Shown: positions 29,699-38,432, numbered from the stretch's first letter. The stretch is 54,847 bases of DNA from Gammaproteobacteria bacterium UBA3498 (GCA_002377605.1 DFQD01000096.1:1-54847), one strand, 5' to 3'. Translations and numbers: made by a program. Notes: generated by a model not told the origin, from the letters alone.

Positions 29699-30163
29699 AT
29701 GAGAAACTTAAAAGTAAAAATTGCTAATCTTGAAGATGATTTGCGGGCATTGGCTGAGCAGATCAATCACTCATCATGGGGCACTGAGAACGATGTAGAT
29801 GACTATTCGAAAGAATCCCTAGAGACCTACCTGAAAAAAGAAGATACGATTTTTATAGCCTGTTATTTGGAGGAAGCTGGGGAGCAGGTATTGGCAGGCA
29901 TATCCTCCGGAAGAATTGAGCAAAAGCCTTATAACTGCGAGAAATGGCTCTATATAGATGAGGTAGACGCTTGCAGCGATCACCGCCGAAAAGGTGCTGG
30001 TACTGCAATGATCAATGAAATGTTAAAGCTCGCCAAAGATAATGATTGCGAAGAAGTTTGGTTAGCCGCCGAATCTGATAACCATGAAGCCAGAAAGTTT
30101 TACGAATCCTTAGATCCTCATGAGATCGATGAGGTTGTTAGCTATACATTTGAGCTAGAGTAA
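29699..30163 (+). CDS. GNAT-family N-acetyltransferase
   Basis: 154 aa. Acetyl-CoA binding motif HRRKGAGTAMI and C-terminal NHEARKFYESL. Confidence 0.7.
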   Translation: MRNLKVKIANLEDDLRALAEQINHSSWGTENDVDDYSKESLETYLKKEDTIFIACYLEEAGEQVLAGISSGRIEQKPYNCEKWLYIDEVDACSDHRRKGAGTAMINEMLKLAKDNDCEEVWLAAESDNHEARKFYESLDPHEIDEVVSYTFELE

Positions 30164-30178
30164 TTTTTGCCTAAAACC

Positions 30179-31120
30179 ATGAAGTCACTCTCCTTTTTCA
30201 TTGCTGCACACAATGGTGCTGAATATCCAGATCTCCTCAAAGGAAGGTTAGGCAAAGGCATAGACTACCGAGTTGCAACCACAATCGAAGAAAGTTTGGC
30301 GCAATATGATGGCCAGCAAGTGTTACTAGCACGACCAGACTTTGCTGCAGCTATATTAAATACACAGCCACCGATTGACTGGATTCAGTCCACTTGGGCC
30401 GGTGTTACTCCCTTAATCAATCATCCAAACAAAAATTACACCCTTACCGGGGTCAAAAAGGTATTTGGTGAACAGATGACCGAGTATGTTCTCGCTCAAA
30501 TCCTGCATCATGAACTGCGAATTAAAGAAAGGGGTGAGCAACAACGACAAAAAGTTTGGAAAGCTCAAGGCAGCGGTCGATTAGCGGGTAAGGTTATCGG
30601 GATTCTAGGAACCGGTTCAATCGGAGCAGAATTGGCGAATTCTGCAGCTCAACTAGGCGTAAAAGTAATCGGCTATAACAGCAGTGGTAATCCAGTTAAG
30701 CCATTCGAAGAAATATTTACAAAAGACTCTCTCACCGAGTTCTTGGAACAGAGTGACTATGTGATTGGCATCCTGCCAGACCTTCCTAGCACCACTAATC
30801 TAATTGATGCTTCATCTTTTCAATCTATGAAAGAGACCGCATTACTTATAAATGTAGGTAGAGGAAACCTTATCGATGATGATGCCTTATGCGCCGCGCT
30901 GAACAACGGAGAAATTGCCGGAGCTGTATTAGACGTATTTAAAAAAGAGCCATTATCTGCAGACAGCTCACTCTGGACCGCGAAGAACTGCACTATTACA
31001 CCTCATATTGCTGCCATGAGTTATCCCAAAGATATCGTCGAAGTGTTCCTTAAGAATCTGGAACGCTATATGGCGGAAGAGTCATTACTTTACCAGATCG
31101 ATTTTGATAAGGGTTACTGA
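30179..31120 (+). CDS. D-isomer-specific 2-hydroxyacid dehydrogenase family, NAD-binding
   Basis: GILGTGSIGAEL Rossmann motif, LINVGRGNLIDDDAL, TPHIAA. The track start at 30167 is TTG; the first ATG is 30179. Confidence 0.8.
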   Translation: MKSLSFFIAAHNGAEYPDLLKGRLGKGIDYRVATTIEESLAQYDGQQVLLARPDFAAAILNTQPPIDWIQSTWAGVTPLINHPNKNYTLTGVKKVFGEQMTEYVLAQILHHELRIKERGEQQRQKVWKAQGSGRLAGKVIGILGTGSIGAELANSAAQLGVKVIGYNSSGNPVKPFEEIFTKDSLTEFLEQSDYVIGILPDLPSTTNLIDASSFQSMKETALLINVGRGNLIDDDALCAALNNGEIAGAVLDVFKKEPLSADSSLWTAKNCTITPHIAAMSYPKDIVEVFLKNLERYMAEESLLYQIDFDKGY

Positions 31121-31123
31121 TTT

Positions 31124-31140
31124 TTAAGCTCTAAAGAATA
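31124..31140 (+). promoter_or_regulatory. Conserved upstream motif TTAAGCTCTAAAGAATA (partner at 36611-36628)
   Basis: The 17-mer lies 16 nt upstream of the family copy-3 start. The same sequence with one extra A lies 20 nt upstream of the copy-6 start. Function unknown. Confidence 0.35.
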
Positions 31141-31155
31141 GGAAAAAAACAGTTC

Positions 31156-32124
31156 ATGAACTTGAAAAAAAAGATTGTATGCATTGCTGCTGCAAGTTTT
31201 CTTTTTATGACATCCGTAAATTTCGCGGATGTTCCGCGCACTAGCTGGGGCACGCCAGATTTACAAGGAGTATGGACTGGAGCAACAGTAACGCCACTAG
31301 AAAGACCCCAGACATTAGAAGACAAACCTTTTCTAACCGAAGAAGAAAGGCGCATTATTGAGAAAGATCGGGAAGATTTCTTTTTATCTCGAAGTGCAAA
31401 TCCTGATCCAGGAACACCTGGAGGATATAATCGCTTCTGGTTAGATCCCGGCACAGTAACCTTAGATGACGGCCGCAGTTCATTAATCGTCGACCCACCA
31501 AGTGGTCGCATTCCGTGGCATCCGGAAGAGAAACAATGGTCAGATTCACAGTCTGCTCGTTATGGTGTCGGTCCGTTTAATGATTACACTGATCTAGATA
31601 CAGGTGAGCGCTGCATATCAGATGGCATCACTATGGTTGCATTGCAGCCCTACAACATGAATTACCAAATCGTGCAAACAGAAGATACGATCATTATCGC
31701 TCACGAGATGTATCATGAGTTTCGCGTTATTCCTCTTGATGATCGACCATTTATATCCGACAAAATCGGACAGTGGTTAGGAGATGCCCGCGCCCATTGG
31801 GAAGGTGACACTCTAGTAATAGAATCAAGAAATTTTGCTGACAAGCGTCATTACTATTGGGCATGGCCCTGGCGCAGTGTTCGAGGCAGTCTTACTCTAA
31901 TTGAAAGATTAACTCGATTGGATGAGACAAACATGGATTACGAGGTAATTTTGGATGATCCGGAATTGTTTACTCAGCCATGGACAATTTCCGCACCCAT
32001 GACTATAGATCAGGCGTCTCGCGGAGTGACAGCAGGCCCTCTTTTCGAGTTCGCCTGTCATGAAGGCAACTACGCGCTCCCAAATGTGCTGCGAGGTGCA
32101 CAAATGGAATCTTCACCTGATTAA
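31156..32124 (+). CDS. Exported protein of the uncharacterised PDLQGVW/ACHEGNY family (copy 3)
   Basis: 322 aa. Signal peptide ...MTSVNFA. Motifs PDLQGVW, TPLERP, LIVDPPSGRIP, GERCISDG, YQIVQ, MYHEFRVIPL, HWEGDTLVIESRNF, ERLTR, DPELFTQPW, FEFACHEGNYAL. Confidence 0.8.
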   Translation: MNLKKKIVCIAAASFLFMTSVNFADVPRTSWGTPDLQGVWTGATVTPLERPQTLEDKPFLTEEERRIIEKDREDFFLSRSANPDPGTPGGYNRFWLDPGTVTLDDGRSSLIVDPPSGRIPWHPEEKQWSDSQSARYGVGPFNDYTDLDTGERCISDGITMVALQPYNMNYQIVQTEDTIIIAHEMYHEFRVIPLDDRPFISDKIGQWLGDARAHWEGDTLVIESRNFADKRHYYWAWPWRSVRGSLTLIERLTRLDETNMDYEVILDDPELFTQPWTISAPMTIDQASRGVTAGPLFEFACHEGNYALPNVLRGAQMESSPD

Positions 32125-32158
32125 GTTCAAGCAGCTAAAATTTCCTAAGGTATTCCAT

Positions 32159-33283
32159 ATGAAACACTCAATTACGATATTTAGTGTGCTTGCTCTTTTC
32201 TCTACTGAAGTAAGTGCAACTGATTTCAATAATACTGTTGATGAGATTTTTTCAGACATAGATTCAAATACATCTCCGGGATGTTCAGTGGGCGTAATAG
32301 AGAATGGAGAACTAATACATAAAGCTGGCTATGGACTGGCAAACATGGAATTAGGAATCCAACTGGATGGCAGTCATGTACATAGAGTAGGATCAGTTTC
32401 CAAACAATTCACTGCAATGGCAGTACTATTACTGGTAGAAGAAGGAAAGATCGATCTTACTGAAGAAGTTCGAACTTATTTACCTGATCTAAGGGAATAT
32501 GTAAGCAGAGTCACCGTTAACGCGATGCTTGGGCATGTTGCGGGAATGGCAGATTACGACTATATAACTGATGATGATAATTCAGTACTAAATCCAGGCG
32601 CCAATATTCAATCAGTCGCAGGCGGACCATTTCGCTTAGGTAATGAAGACTACCTAACCATCCAAGAATTTTATGATGTAGTTAAAAGCGTTCCACTTAG
32701 GCACCCACCTAACCAGCAGTATCAATACAGTAACCTGGCCTACTTTTTATTATCAATGTTAGTGGAAGAAGTTTCGGGTCAAAGCCTGCGAGATTATTCT
32801 GAAGAAAAAATTTTCCAACCACTGGGTATGTCGCAGTCATTTTTTAGCGACGAACCAACCGAAATAGTTCGTAATCGAGCCAGCGGTTACCGGCCAAATG
32901 AAGACGGTTATATAACTGATATGACTAACCTATTTTGGGTAGGCGATGGCGGCCTGCATACCAATATCGAAGACATGGTGAAATGGGATCAAAATTTTTA
33001 TGAACCTCGAGTGGGCCAAAATCCTGAAGAGCTACTGAAACTTTTTAATACTCCTAATAGCGACTTTGATTCTGGGGGAGGTGGCCGTTATGCTAATGGC
33101 CAGCAAATCAGAAGATCAAACGATCGTTTAGTCTTTGCTCATTCTGGAGGGTGGCTGGGAACGACAACATTTTATGCGCGCTTTCCCGAAGATAGATTCT
33201 CTGCAGTTGTTTTTTGCAATGACATAAGTTTGAATCCAGAACAATACGTCAACAACATCACTGAAGCGTACTTTCTAGACTAA
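32159..33283 (+). CDS. Exported serine hydrolase, class C beta-lactamase/D-Ala carboxypeptidase-related
   Basis: SxxK (GSVSKQFTA) and YxN (YQYSNLAY) motifs. Start placed at ATG 32159 (MKHSITIFSVLALFSTEVSA signal); the track start at 32060 overlaps the upstream gene. Confidence 0.85.
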   Translation: MKHSITIFSVLALFSTEVSATDFNNTVDEIFSDIDSNTSPGCSVGVIENGELIHKAGYGLANMELGIQLDGSHVHRVGSVSKQFTAMAVLLLVEEGKIDLTEEVRTYLPDLREYVSRVTVNAMLGHVAGMADYDYITDDDNSVLNPGANIQSVAGGPFRLGNEDYLTIQEFYDVVKSVPLRHPPNQQYQYSNLAYFLLSMLVEEVSGQSLRDYSEEKIFQPLGMSQSFFSDEPTEIVRNRASGYRPNEDGYITDMTNLFWVGDGGLHTNIEDMVKWDQNFYEPRVGQNPEELLKLFNTPNSDFDSGGGGRYANGQQIRRSNDRLVFAHSGGWLGTTTFYARFPEDRFSAVVFCNDISLNPEQYVNNITEAYFLD

Positions 33284-33305
33284 GCGTCGCAACTACAGCT
33301 CACTG

Positions 33306-33779
33306 CTAGTCGTCTCCTATAACGGCTATTGCTTCTACTTCAACCTGTAACGCTGGGATTACCAATCCGGATACTCCAATTAAAGTTGAGGCGGGTGGAG
33401 GAATGTCGGCTGAAAAATAACGTGCCCTTGCCTCACTATATGCTGTTCGCCTTTCTGCATCTATATCTACTATAAAGCCTGTAAGTTTTATGACATCTGC
33501 CATGGTTGCACCTGCTGCCTCCAATTGCTCGACCATGTTGGCAAAGACCACATCCATTTGTTCAGCAAACGAATCAGCAATTTCACCGTTGCGGATACCT
33601 ACTTGTCCTGAAACGTAGATGGTTTTGACCCCATTAGAAGTTACGGTCGCCACTTGAGAAAAGGAAGCATTAGAGTTAATAAATTCAGTTTCTAAATCTG
33701 CTGCAAAACCAGAACTACCCATTATTAAGATGAGCAAGATGCCGCAACGTTGAATTAGCATTTTCATTGTTTTCTCCAT
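33306..33779 (-). CDS. RidA/YjgF/UK114-family protein with a signal peptide
   Basis: Leader MKMLIQRCGILLILIMGSSGFA. The likely start is ATG 33767, after GGAGAA. Motifs YVSGQVGI and C-terminal QVEVEAIAV. Confidence 0.8.
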   Translation of the reverse strand: MEKTMKMLIQRCGILLILIMGSSGFAADLETEFINSNASFSQVATVTSNGVKTIYVSGQVGIRNGEIADSFAEQMDVVFANMVEQLEAAGATMADVIKLTGFIVDIDAERRTAYSEARARYFSADIPPPASTLIGVSGLVIPALQVEVEAIAVIGDD

Positions 33780-33842
33780 CGAAGATAAAAAAGGGACGTA
33801 AGTATTTTAACTTCGCCCCTTCAAATTTTTTCTCAGTTAGAT

Positions 33843-34418
33843 CTATTCAGTATAAGGGTTTACATAACCTTCAGGTAATACACGCTCTGGATCCGGCCTT
33901 ATACTAATCATCTCTACACGCGAGTCCACAGAATGCCAACCGTGGAAAACTCCTGCAGGTATCACTACGATATCACCCTGCCTTACTTCACGGACCTGAC
34001 CATCGCCACGAGCTACAGAAGTTGAAAAACTTTCTCCCACCAACACTTCAACGATGTCGGTGTTAGATGGAATGTTATTTCTCCCTAGCAAAGTTCCTCC
34101 AGTAACTAACACGCCCGAGCCCTTAGTTATGTAGTAAACCTCGGACACATGGTTGTGAACGATGCCACTAACCGGTTCGTCATTGGCTTCGATCTTATCA
34201 CGGAACAGAACGCCAACCGCCACGTTGGAGTTACCAATGTCCACTACTTTAACCTGTCGATCGACTCGACCTTCAGGAGCGTGTATGACATTTTGCCATT
34301 CGCTATAAACAACATCGGTCGCTTCAGTTAGGTTCCCTTCGTGTGAAAGTGAAGTGAAAACGAAAAAGCTGCATGCAATTGCACCAGTAGTGGCAAACAC
34401 GTTTTTTAGCTTAAACAT
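33843..34418 (-). CDS. Exported cupin-domain protein
   Basis: Signal peptide ...SFFVFTSLSHE. Cupin motif 1 HNHVSEVYYITKGSG and motif 2 GDIVVIPAGVFHGW. Confidence 0.7.
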   Translation of the reverse strand: MFKLKNVFATTGAIACSFFVFTSLSHEGNLTEATDVVYSEWQNVIHAPEGRVDRQVKVVDIGNSNVAVGVLFRDKIEANDEPVSGIVHNHVSEVYYITKGSGVLVTGGTLLGRNNIPSNTDIVEVLVGESFSTSVARGDGQVREVRQGDIVVIPAGVFHGWHSVDSRVEMISIRPDPERVLPEGYVNPYTE

Positions 34419-34455
34419 AGCTCCTTCCTCTATTCTTAACTATTCTCTTATTTTG

Positions 34456-35412
34456 TTAATGAGATTGCTCTGCTGCTTTAGCTTCTGCTTCTTGTACCCG
34501 TGCTCCCATTAGTGCTCCTGTCATGCTGTAGTTGCCTTCATGACACGCATATTCGTAGATATGCCCAGAGTCGTCCCAGGTAAATGAAAATTCTCCGCGG
34601 AATTCATCATTGTAATAAACAGGATCATTAACAGTGTATTGGTAGAACAATTCGGTTTCAGACAAACGAGTGAATCGTTCGATTACGTGAGCTTTAGAAC
34701 TAATCAGCATAGGTCGACCAGTTGCCGCTCTTTCAGGCACTGTATCGCTGTAGTGTGTTGTCTCTACAACGAGTGTTTCCCCTTCCCAACGCCCAATAGA
34801 ATGACCTTCCATTGTTCGTATAACTTCTGGCCTAGTTGCGCCGTCCATGTGAATGACTCTTAAAGGTGAATTCTCTTCCGCTACGATTGCGATCTTATCG
34901 GGAGTCTGCACAAAACCATAGAACAACTCATAGGGAAATGCGCGCATTGGTGGAGCACCCCAACCTTCAATGCATCGTTCTACTCCGGGTCGCTGCTCCG
35001 GGCCATCGAATCCGGAATTGTCCCTAAAATAACCAAACGATGAATTGGAAATACCATGCTCGTTGTAAGGTAGTACGCCATCCTCTGGATACACCAGTAC
35101 TGAAGATCGGTACTCACCCTTCACAATTGCAAGTTTTAGAGGTCCAAAAATGTCAATATCTGGATCCGTGTTTCCAGCAAATGCAGCGTCATATGTTGCT
35201 TGAGCAAATCCGCTCGCAAACTCTGGCGACACTACTAATGGCGTACCTTCATATCGCTCCAGAGGTGTGATGAAGCGTGTACTCCATACGCCCTGAAAAT
35301 CAGGCTGCCCATGTTCATTGCGCGCTACCTCGTAAATACCTTCAGACTGTGCAAAACTCAATGAGCCAAATACCAACGCTACAACTAACGCACTTGCTTT
35401 TCTAAACCGCAT
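34456..35412 (-). CDS. Exported protein of the uncharacterised PDLQGVW/ACHEGNY family (copy 4)
   Basis: 318 aa. Signal peptide ...GSLSFAQS. Motifs PDFQGVW, TPLERY, VERCIEGW, RWEGETLVVETTHY, ERFTR, DPVYY, YEYACHEGNYSM. Its start lies 2 nt after the stop of copy 5, so the two are probably translationally coupled. Confidence 0.8.
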   Translation of the reverse strand: MRFRKASALVVALVFGSLSFAQSEGIYEVARNEHGQPDFQGVWSTRFITPLERYEGTPLVVSPEFASGFAQATYDAAFAGNTDPDIDIFGPLKLAIVKGEYRSSVLVYPEDGVLPYNEHGISNSSFGYFRDNSGFDGPEQRPGVERCIEGWGAPPMRAFPYELFYGFVQTPDKIAIVAEENSPLRVIHMDGATRPEVIRTMEGHSIGRWEGETLVVETTHYSDTVPERAATGRPMLISSKAHVIERFTRLSETELFYQYTVNDPVYYNDEFRGEFSFTWDDSGHIYEYACHEGNYSMTGALMGARVQEAEAKAAEQSH

Positions 35413-35414
35413 AA

Positions 35415-36440
35415 TTAATTAATTCCTTCTGCTTCTCTTCTCTCTTCCATTCGCGCGCCACGTAACGTATTAATCATGCCGTAGTTACCTTCATGACAAG
35501 CGTATTCGTAAATCTGTCCAGCAACTTTGCTCATTGGAACAATTGCTGAAATCCTTTCCGTGTAAGTCGATGGATCTTCGACTGTGAATTCATAGTTCAC
35601 AACATCGTAAGAAACTCGGGTAAATTTTTCTGTGAGCATCATGTCGTGGTTATTACCCCTACTCTGGAAACTAGCCTGCATACCATTGAAATTCTTAGTC
35701 TGCACTACCATGGTATCGCCTTCCCAATAGCCAATAGAATCTCCCGACCACAAACGAATGTCGTCACTCAACTCTGCTTTCTCAACCAGTGGAACTATTC
35801 GGGCATCGTGTACCATCTCAGTCATGATGACGAATGTATCTCTATGTTGAATGATCTGCATATTGTTGTTGTATAGGCTAGGCTGAAATGGAGGGCCAGC
35901 ATTAAAACCAACCAAACATCTTTCCGATGTGCCACGATCTTCAGGGCCATCTTTACCAATTCCACCAACGATAAACCTTACCGGTCTCTCACCGGTGATG
36001 TCCGGACCGAGCCCACCAGCAATTACCGGATTGCCTTCAACCGCTTCCGGTAGACGACCGTTTAATGGATAGACGATATGAGAAGTACGGACGTTATCAC
36101 CTAGCGTACCCATTTCTATCCAAAACGTGTTGTAACCGCGAGGCGTTTGCCCTGAAGGCGGAGGTTCTGGATCGACAACTAGCTCGGCTTCGCGAGCATC
36201 AGCCAATGCTGTCATGCGAGCTTGTCGTTCAATCTGCTCCTGAACTTGTTCCGGCGTCAGAAATTCTTGTTCACCGAATCGTTCTGGCCTTTGCATCGGT
36301 GTGCTGGAACTGAAATTCCACACGCCCTGCAAGTCGGGCTGATCGTATTCCGTTCTGGGAACCTGGTAATCTGATTGTGCTGTAGCAGTGCCGCAGGCCA
36401 CTGCCACTGCATAAAGTAATATCAAGAATCGTAGCTTCAT
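35415..36440 (-). CDS. Exported protein of the uncharacterised PDLQGVW/ACHEGNY family (copy 5)
   Basis: 341 aa. Signal peptide ...ACGTATAQS. Motifs PDLQGVW, TPMQRP, SERCLVGF, MQIIQ, MVHDARIVPL, YWEGDTMVVQTKNFNG, EKFTR, DPSTYTE, YEYACHEGNYGM. Confidence 0.85.
   Translation of the reverse strand: MKLRFLILLYAVAVACGTATAQSDYQVPRTEYDQPDLQGVWNFSSSTPMQRPERFGEQEFLTPEQVQEQIERQARMTALADAREAELVVDPEPPPSGQTPRGYNTFWIEMGTLGDNVRTSHIVYPLNGRLPEAVEGNPVIAGGLGPDITGERPVRFIVGGIGKDGPEDRGTSERCLVGFNAGPPFQPSLYNNNMQIIQHRDTFVIMTEMVHDARIVPLVEKAELSDDIRLWSGDSIGYWEGDTMVVQTKNFNGMQASFQSRGNNHDMMLTEKFTRVSYDVVNYEFTVEDPSTYTERISAIVPMSKVAGQIYEYACHEGNYGMINTLRGARMEERREAEGIN
36313..36377 (-). repeat. Left arm of a 65-nt near-identical inverted repeat (inside the copy-5 coding 5' end)
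   Basis: Its reverse complement matches 36715-36779 at 62/65 positions, including a 47-nt perfect core (36325-36371 versus 36721-36767). Confidence 0.9.
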
Positions 36441-36610
36441 TTGTTTTACCCCCCATTGGTGAGCTTGAATAGTAGAATAAATGCCTAGAGAAGAAATATA
36501 CAGTAGATTTTCCGATACAACTCTCGAAAATACTGTGGTTTATCGCCCTGGAACAGTCTGAAATTCAGGGTTTTTCTCAGAACATTGGTATTTTCATTGA
36601 GCCTCTTTTG

Positions 36611-36628
36611 TTAAGCTCTAAAAGAATA
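36611..36628 (+). promoter_or_regulatory. Conserved upstream motif TTAAGCTCTAAAAGAATA (partner at 31124-31140)
   Basis: See the partner feature. Lies 20 nt upstream of the GTG start at 36649. An AGGAG RBS lies between the motif and the start. Confidence 0.35.
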
Positions 36629-36648
36629 AAAACTAAAGGAGTAGAACA

Positions 36649-37644
36649 GTGAAAAAGTTGATCTCCTGCCTGGCAGGCGGCTTTATTGCCCTGACAAGCC
36701 CCATTCTTGTTGCTCAATCCGATTACCAGGTTCCCAGAACGGAATACGATCAGCCCGACTTGCAGGGTGTTTGGAATTTTGCTTCCCATACACCAGTGCA
36801 ACGTAACGAAAGTCTGGGGGATCGCGAGTATTTCACTACTGAAGAAAATGAAGAGAATCGTGAGCGTTCGGTTACAACTTTTGAGGCAAGAGCTGAATCT
36901 CATTTTGACGGTGTAGGTGGTTACAACTCCTTCTGGTACGAGCGCGCAACAATTGGTTACGACTTACGTACTTCATTAATAACTTACCCAGAAAATGGTC
37001 GTATTCCTCCTGCTGTAGAGGGCGCATTTATGCAAGTCGGTGGAGTTAGTCAGGATTTCCCCAGCGAAAGACCAGTACGATTTGTCGTTGGCGGAATAGC
37101 TAAAGACGGTCCGGAAGATCGAGGACTATCAGAACGTTGTATAGTCGGTTTTAATTCTGGTCCTCCTTTTATGCCCAGTGCATACAACAATAATGTGCAG
37201 CTAATTCAACATCGGAACCATGTCGTTATTCTCACAGAAATGATTCACGACGCCCGTGTAGTACCTCTCGATCGCGATCACAGTCTCACTGACGACATTC
37301 GTCTCTGGTCGGGAGACTCAAGAGGATATTGGGACGATGACACCCTTGTAGTCGAAACCAAAAACTTTAATGGTCTAACCCAAAGTTTTCTTTCTTCGCC
37401 CTATGGAGATTCTTACAACAAGTCTCTGGTGGAAAGATTCACTCGGGTAAGTGCGGACACTATTGAATATGAATTCACTATCGATGATCCAAGCACCTTT
37501 AGCGACAAAATAATAGCCATGGTCCCTATGACCAAAGTGGACGGGCTGCTGTATGAGTACTCGTGCCATGAAGGCAACTACGGAATGGCGAATATGATTC
37601 GTGGTGAACGAAGACAAGAATTGGATGCATTAGGCATTGATTAG
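36649..37644 (+). CDS. Exported protein of the uncharacterised PDLQGVW/ACHEGNY family (copy 6)
   Basis: 331 aa with a GTG start after AAAGGAG. Signal peptide ...TSPILVAQS. Motifs PDLQGVW, TPVQRN, SERCIVGF, VQLIQ, MIHDARVVPL, YWDDDTLVVETKNFNG, ERFTR, DPSTFSD, YEYSCHEGNYGM. By eye it is highly similar to copy 5 along its whole length. Confidence 0.85.
   Translation: MKKLISCLAGGFIALTSPILVAQSDYQVPRTEYDQPDLQGVWNFASHTPVQRNESLGDREYFTTEENEENRERSVTTFEARAESHFDGVGGYNSFWYERATIGYDLRTSLITYPENGRIPPAVEGAFMQVGGVSQDFPSERPVRFVVGGIAKDGPEDRGLSERCIVGFNSGPPFMPSAYNNNVQLIQHRNHVVILTEMIHDARVVPLDRDHSLTDDIRLWSGDSRGYWDDDTLVVETKNFNGLTQSFLSSPYGDSYNKSLVERFTRVSADTIEYEFTIDDPSTFSDKIIAMVPMTKVDGLLYEYSCHEGNYGMANMIRGERRQELDALGID
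36715..36780 (+). repeat. Right arm of the 65-nt inverted repeat (inside the copy-6 coding 5' end)
   Basis: CAATCCGATTACCAGGTTCCCAGAACGGAATACGATCAGCCCGACTTGCAGGGTGTTTGGAATTT. The three differences from the left arm are all synonymous third positions. Confidence 0.9.
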
Positions 37645-37824
37645 ATGGTCGATTCAGTCTCGACAGTTATTGTTCACATGGAGGCCAACCTCGATGGTTA
37701 CATCCAAAACAAAGACGGCAACATTTCCTGCTTAGTCACTCAAGTTAGTTTTGCAGCGACTCTATCCTTTCTTTACGATAGCCTTCCTACTTCTTATTGT
37801 TTGCTTGTGAGGATTCTAAATTGA
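37645..37824 (+). pseudogene. Possible remnant of a dihydrofolate-reductase-like (RibD C-terminal domain) gene; only the N-terminal ~25 aa are recognisable
   Basis: 59-codon ORF, just below the track cutoff, starting immediately after the copy-6 stop (TAGATG). It reads MVDSVSTVIVHMEANLDGYIQNKDGNISCL..., resembling the N-terminus of RibD_C/DHFR-like proteins (xxIVxMxxSLDGxIAxxDG). The remainder is unrecognisable and short. Confidence 0.3.
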
Positions 37825-38432
37825 AATTCTATGATCTACCTGCTTCACCTAACACTAGACGGGTACGCATTTTTATGGCCGAAAAAGGTCTAGATATCCC
37901 CATGACTCCAGTCAACATGATGGAAAATGAAAATAAGACCGAAGAGTATCTAGCTAAGAATTCTCTCGGCCGGATGCCTGTCTTAGAGCTTGATGATGGA
38001 ACCTGTATTGCCGAATCCATGGCTATTTGTAAGTACTTGGAAGAATTGCACCCGGAACCACCTATGCTGGGCCGTGATGCACTAGATAAAGCCATGGTGG
38101 AAATGTGGCAACGTAGAATGGAATTTGAATTACTAAATCCAGTGATTGGAGTATTCAGACATACCGCAGACATGTTCAAAGGACGCATCGCTCAAGTTCC
38201 AAAAATGGCCGAAGTGGAAACTGCAAATGTAAAAGAAAAAATGGAGTGGTTAGAAAAAGAACTAGAAGGCAAGCAATACATAGCAAACAATGAATATACA
38301 ATTGCAGACATTACCGCGCAATGTGCATTCGTCATGGCAAAAGCAGCAATCGGTATTCGCATTCCTGAAGAGATGACTAATCTGACGCAATGGTGGAAGC
38401 GTGTTACCTCGCGACCAACGTCACGAGCTTGA
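37821..38432 (+). CDS. Glutathione S-transferase
   Basis: Start placed at TTG 37821 ((M)KFYDLPASPNTRRVRIFMAEKG), with GAGGA 7 nt upstream; the track start at 37797 is also TTG. Thioredoxin-like N-domain with GRMPVLELDDG, followed by a helical C-domain. Confidence 0.85.
   Translation: MKFYDLPASPNTRRVRIFMAEKGLDIPMTPVNMMENENKTEEYLAKNSLGRMPVLELDDGTCIAESMAICKYLEELHPEPPMLGRDALDKAMVEMWQRRMEFELLNPVIGVFRHTADMFKGRIAQVPKMAEVETANVKEKMEWLEKELEGKQYIANNEYTIADITAQCAFVMAKAAIGIRIPEEMTNLTQWWKRVTSRPTSRA

Noticed and set aside
31131-31511. 126-aa minus-strand ORF
   Set aside because: It is antisense to family copy 3. Its sequence is Ser/Pro/Gly-rich and shadow-like.
32060-32158. N-terminal extension of the beta-lactamase-like ORF that overlaps copy 3
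   Set aside because: The extension has no signal-peptide character and overlaps the ACHEGNY coding region. The ATG at 32159 gives a classic signal peptide.
36577-36916. ORFs 36577-36903(-) and 36707-36916(+) across the divergent promoter region
   Set aside because: They overlap the start of family copy 6, in antisense or out of frame. They have no RBS or recognisable motif.
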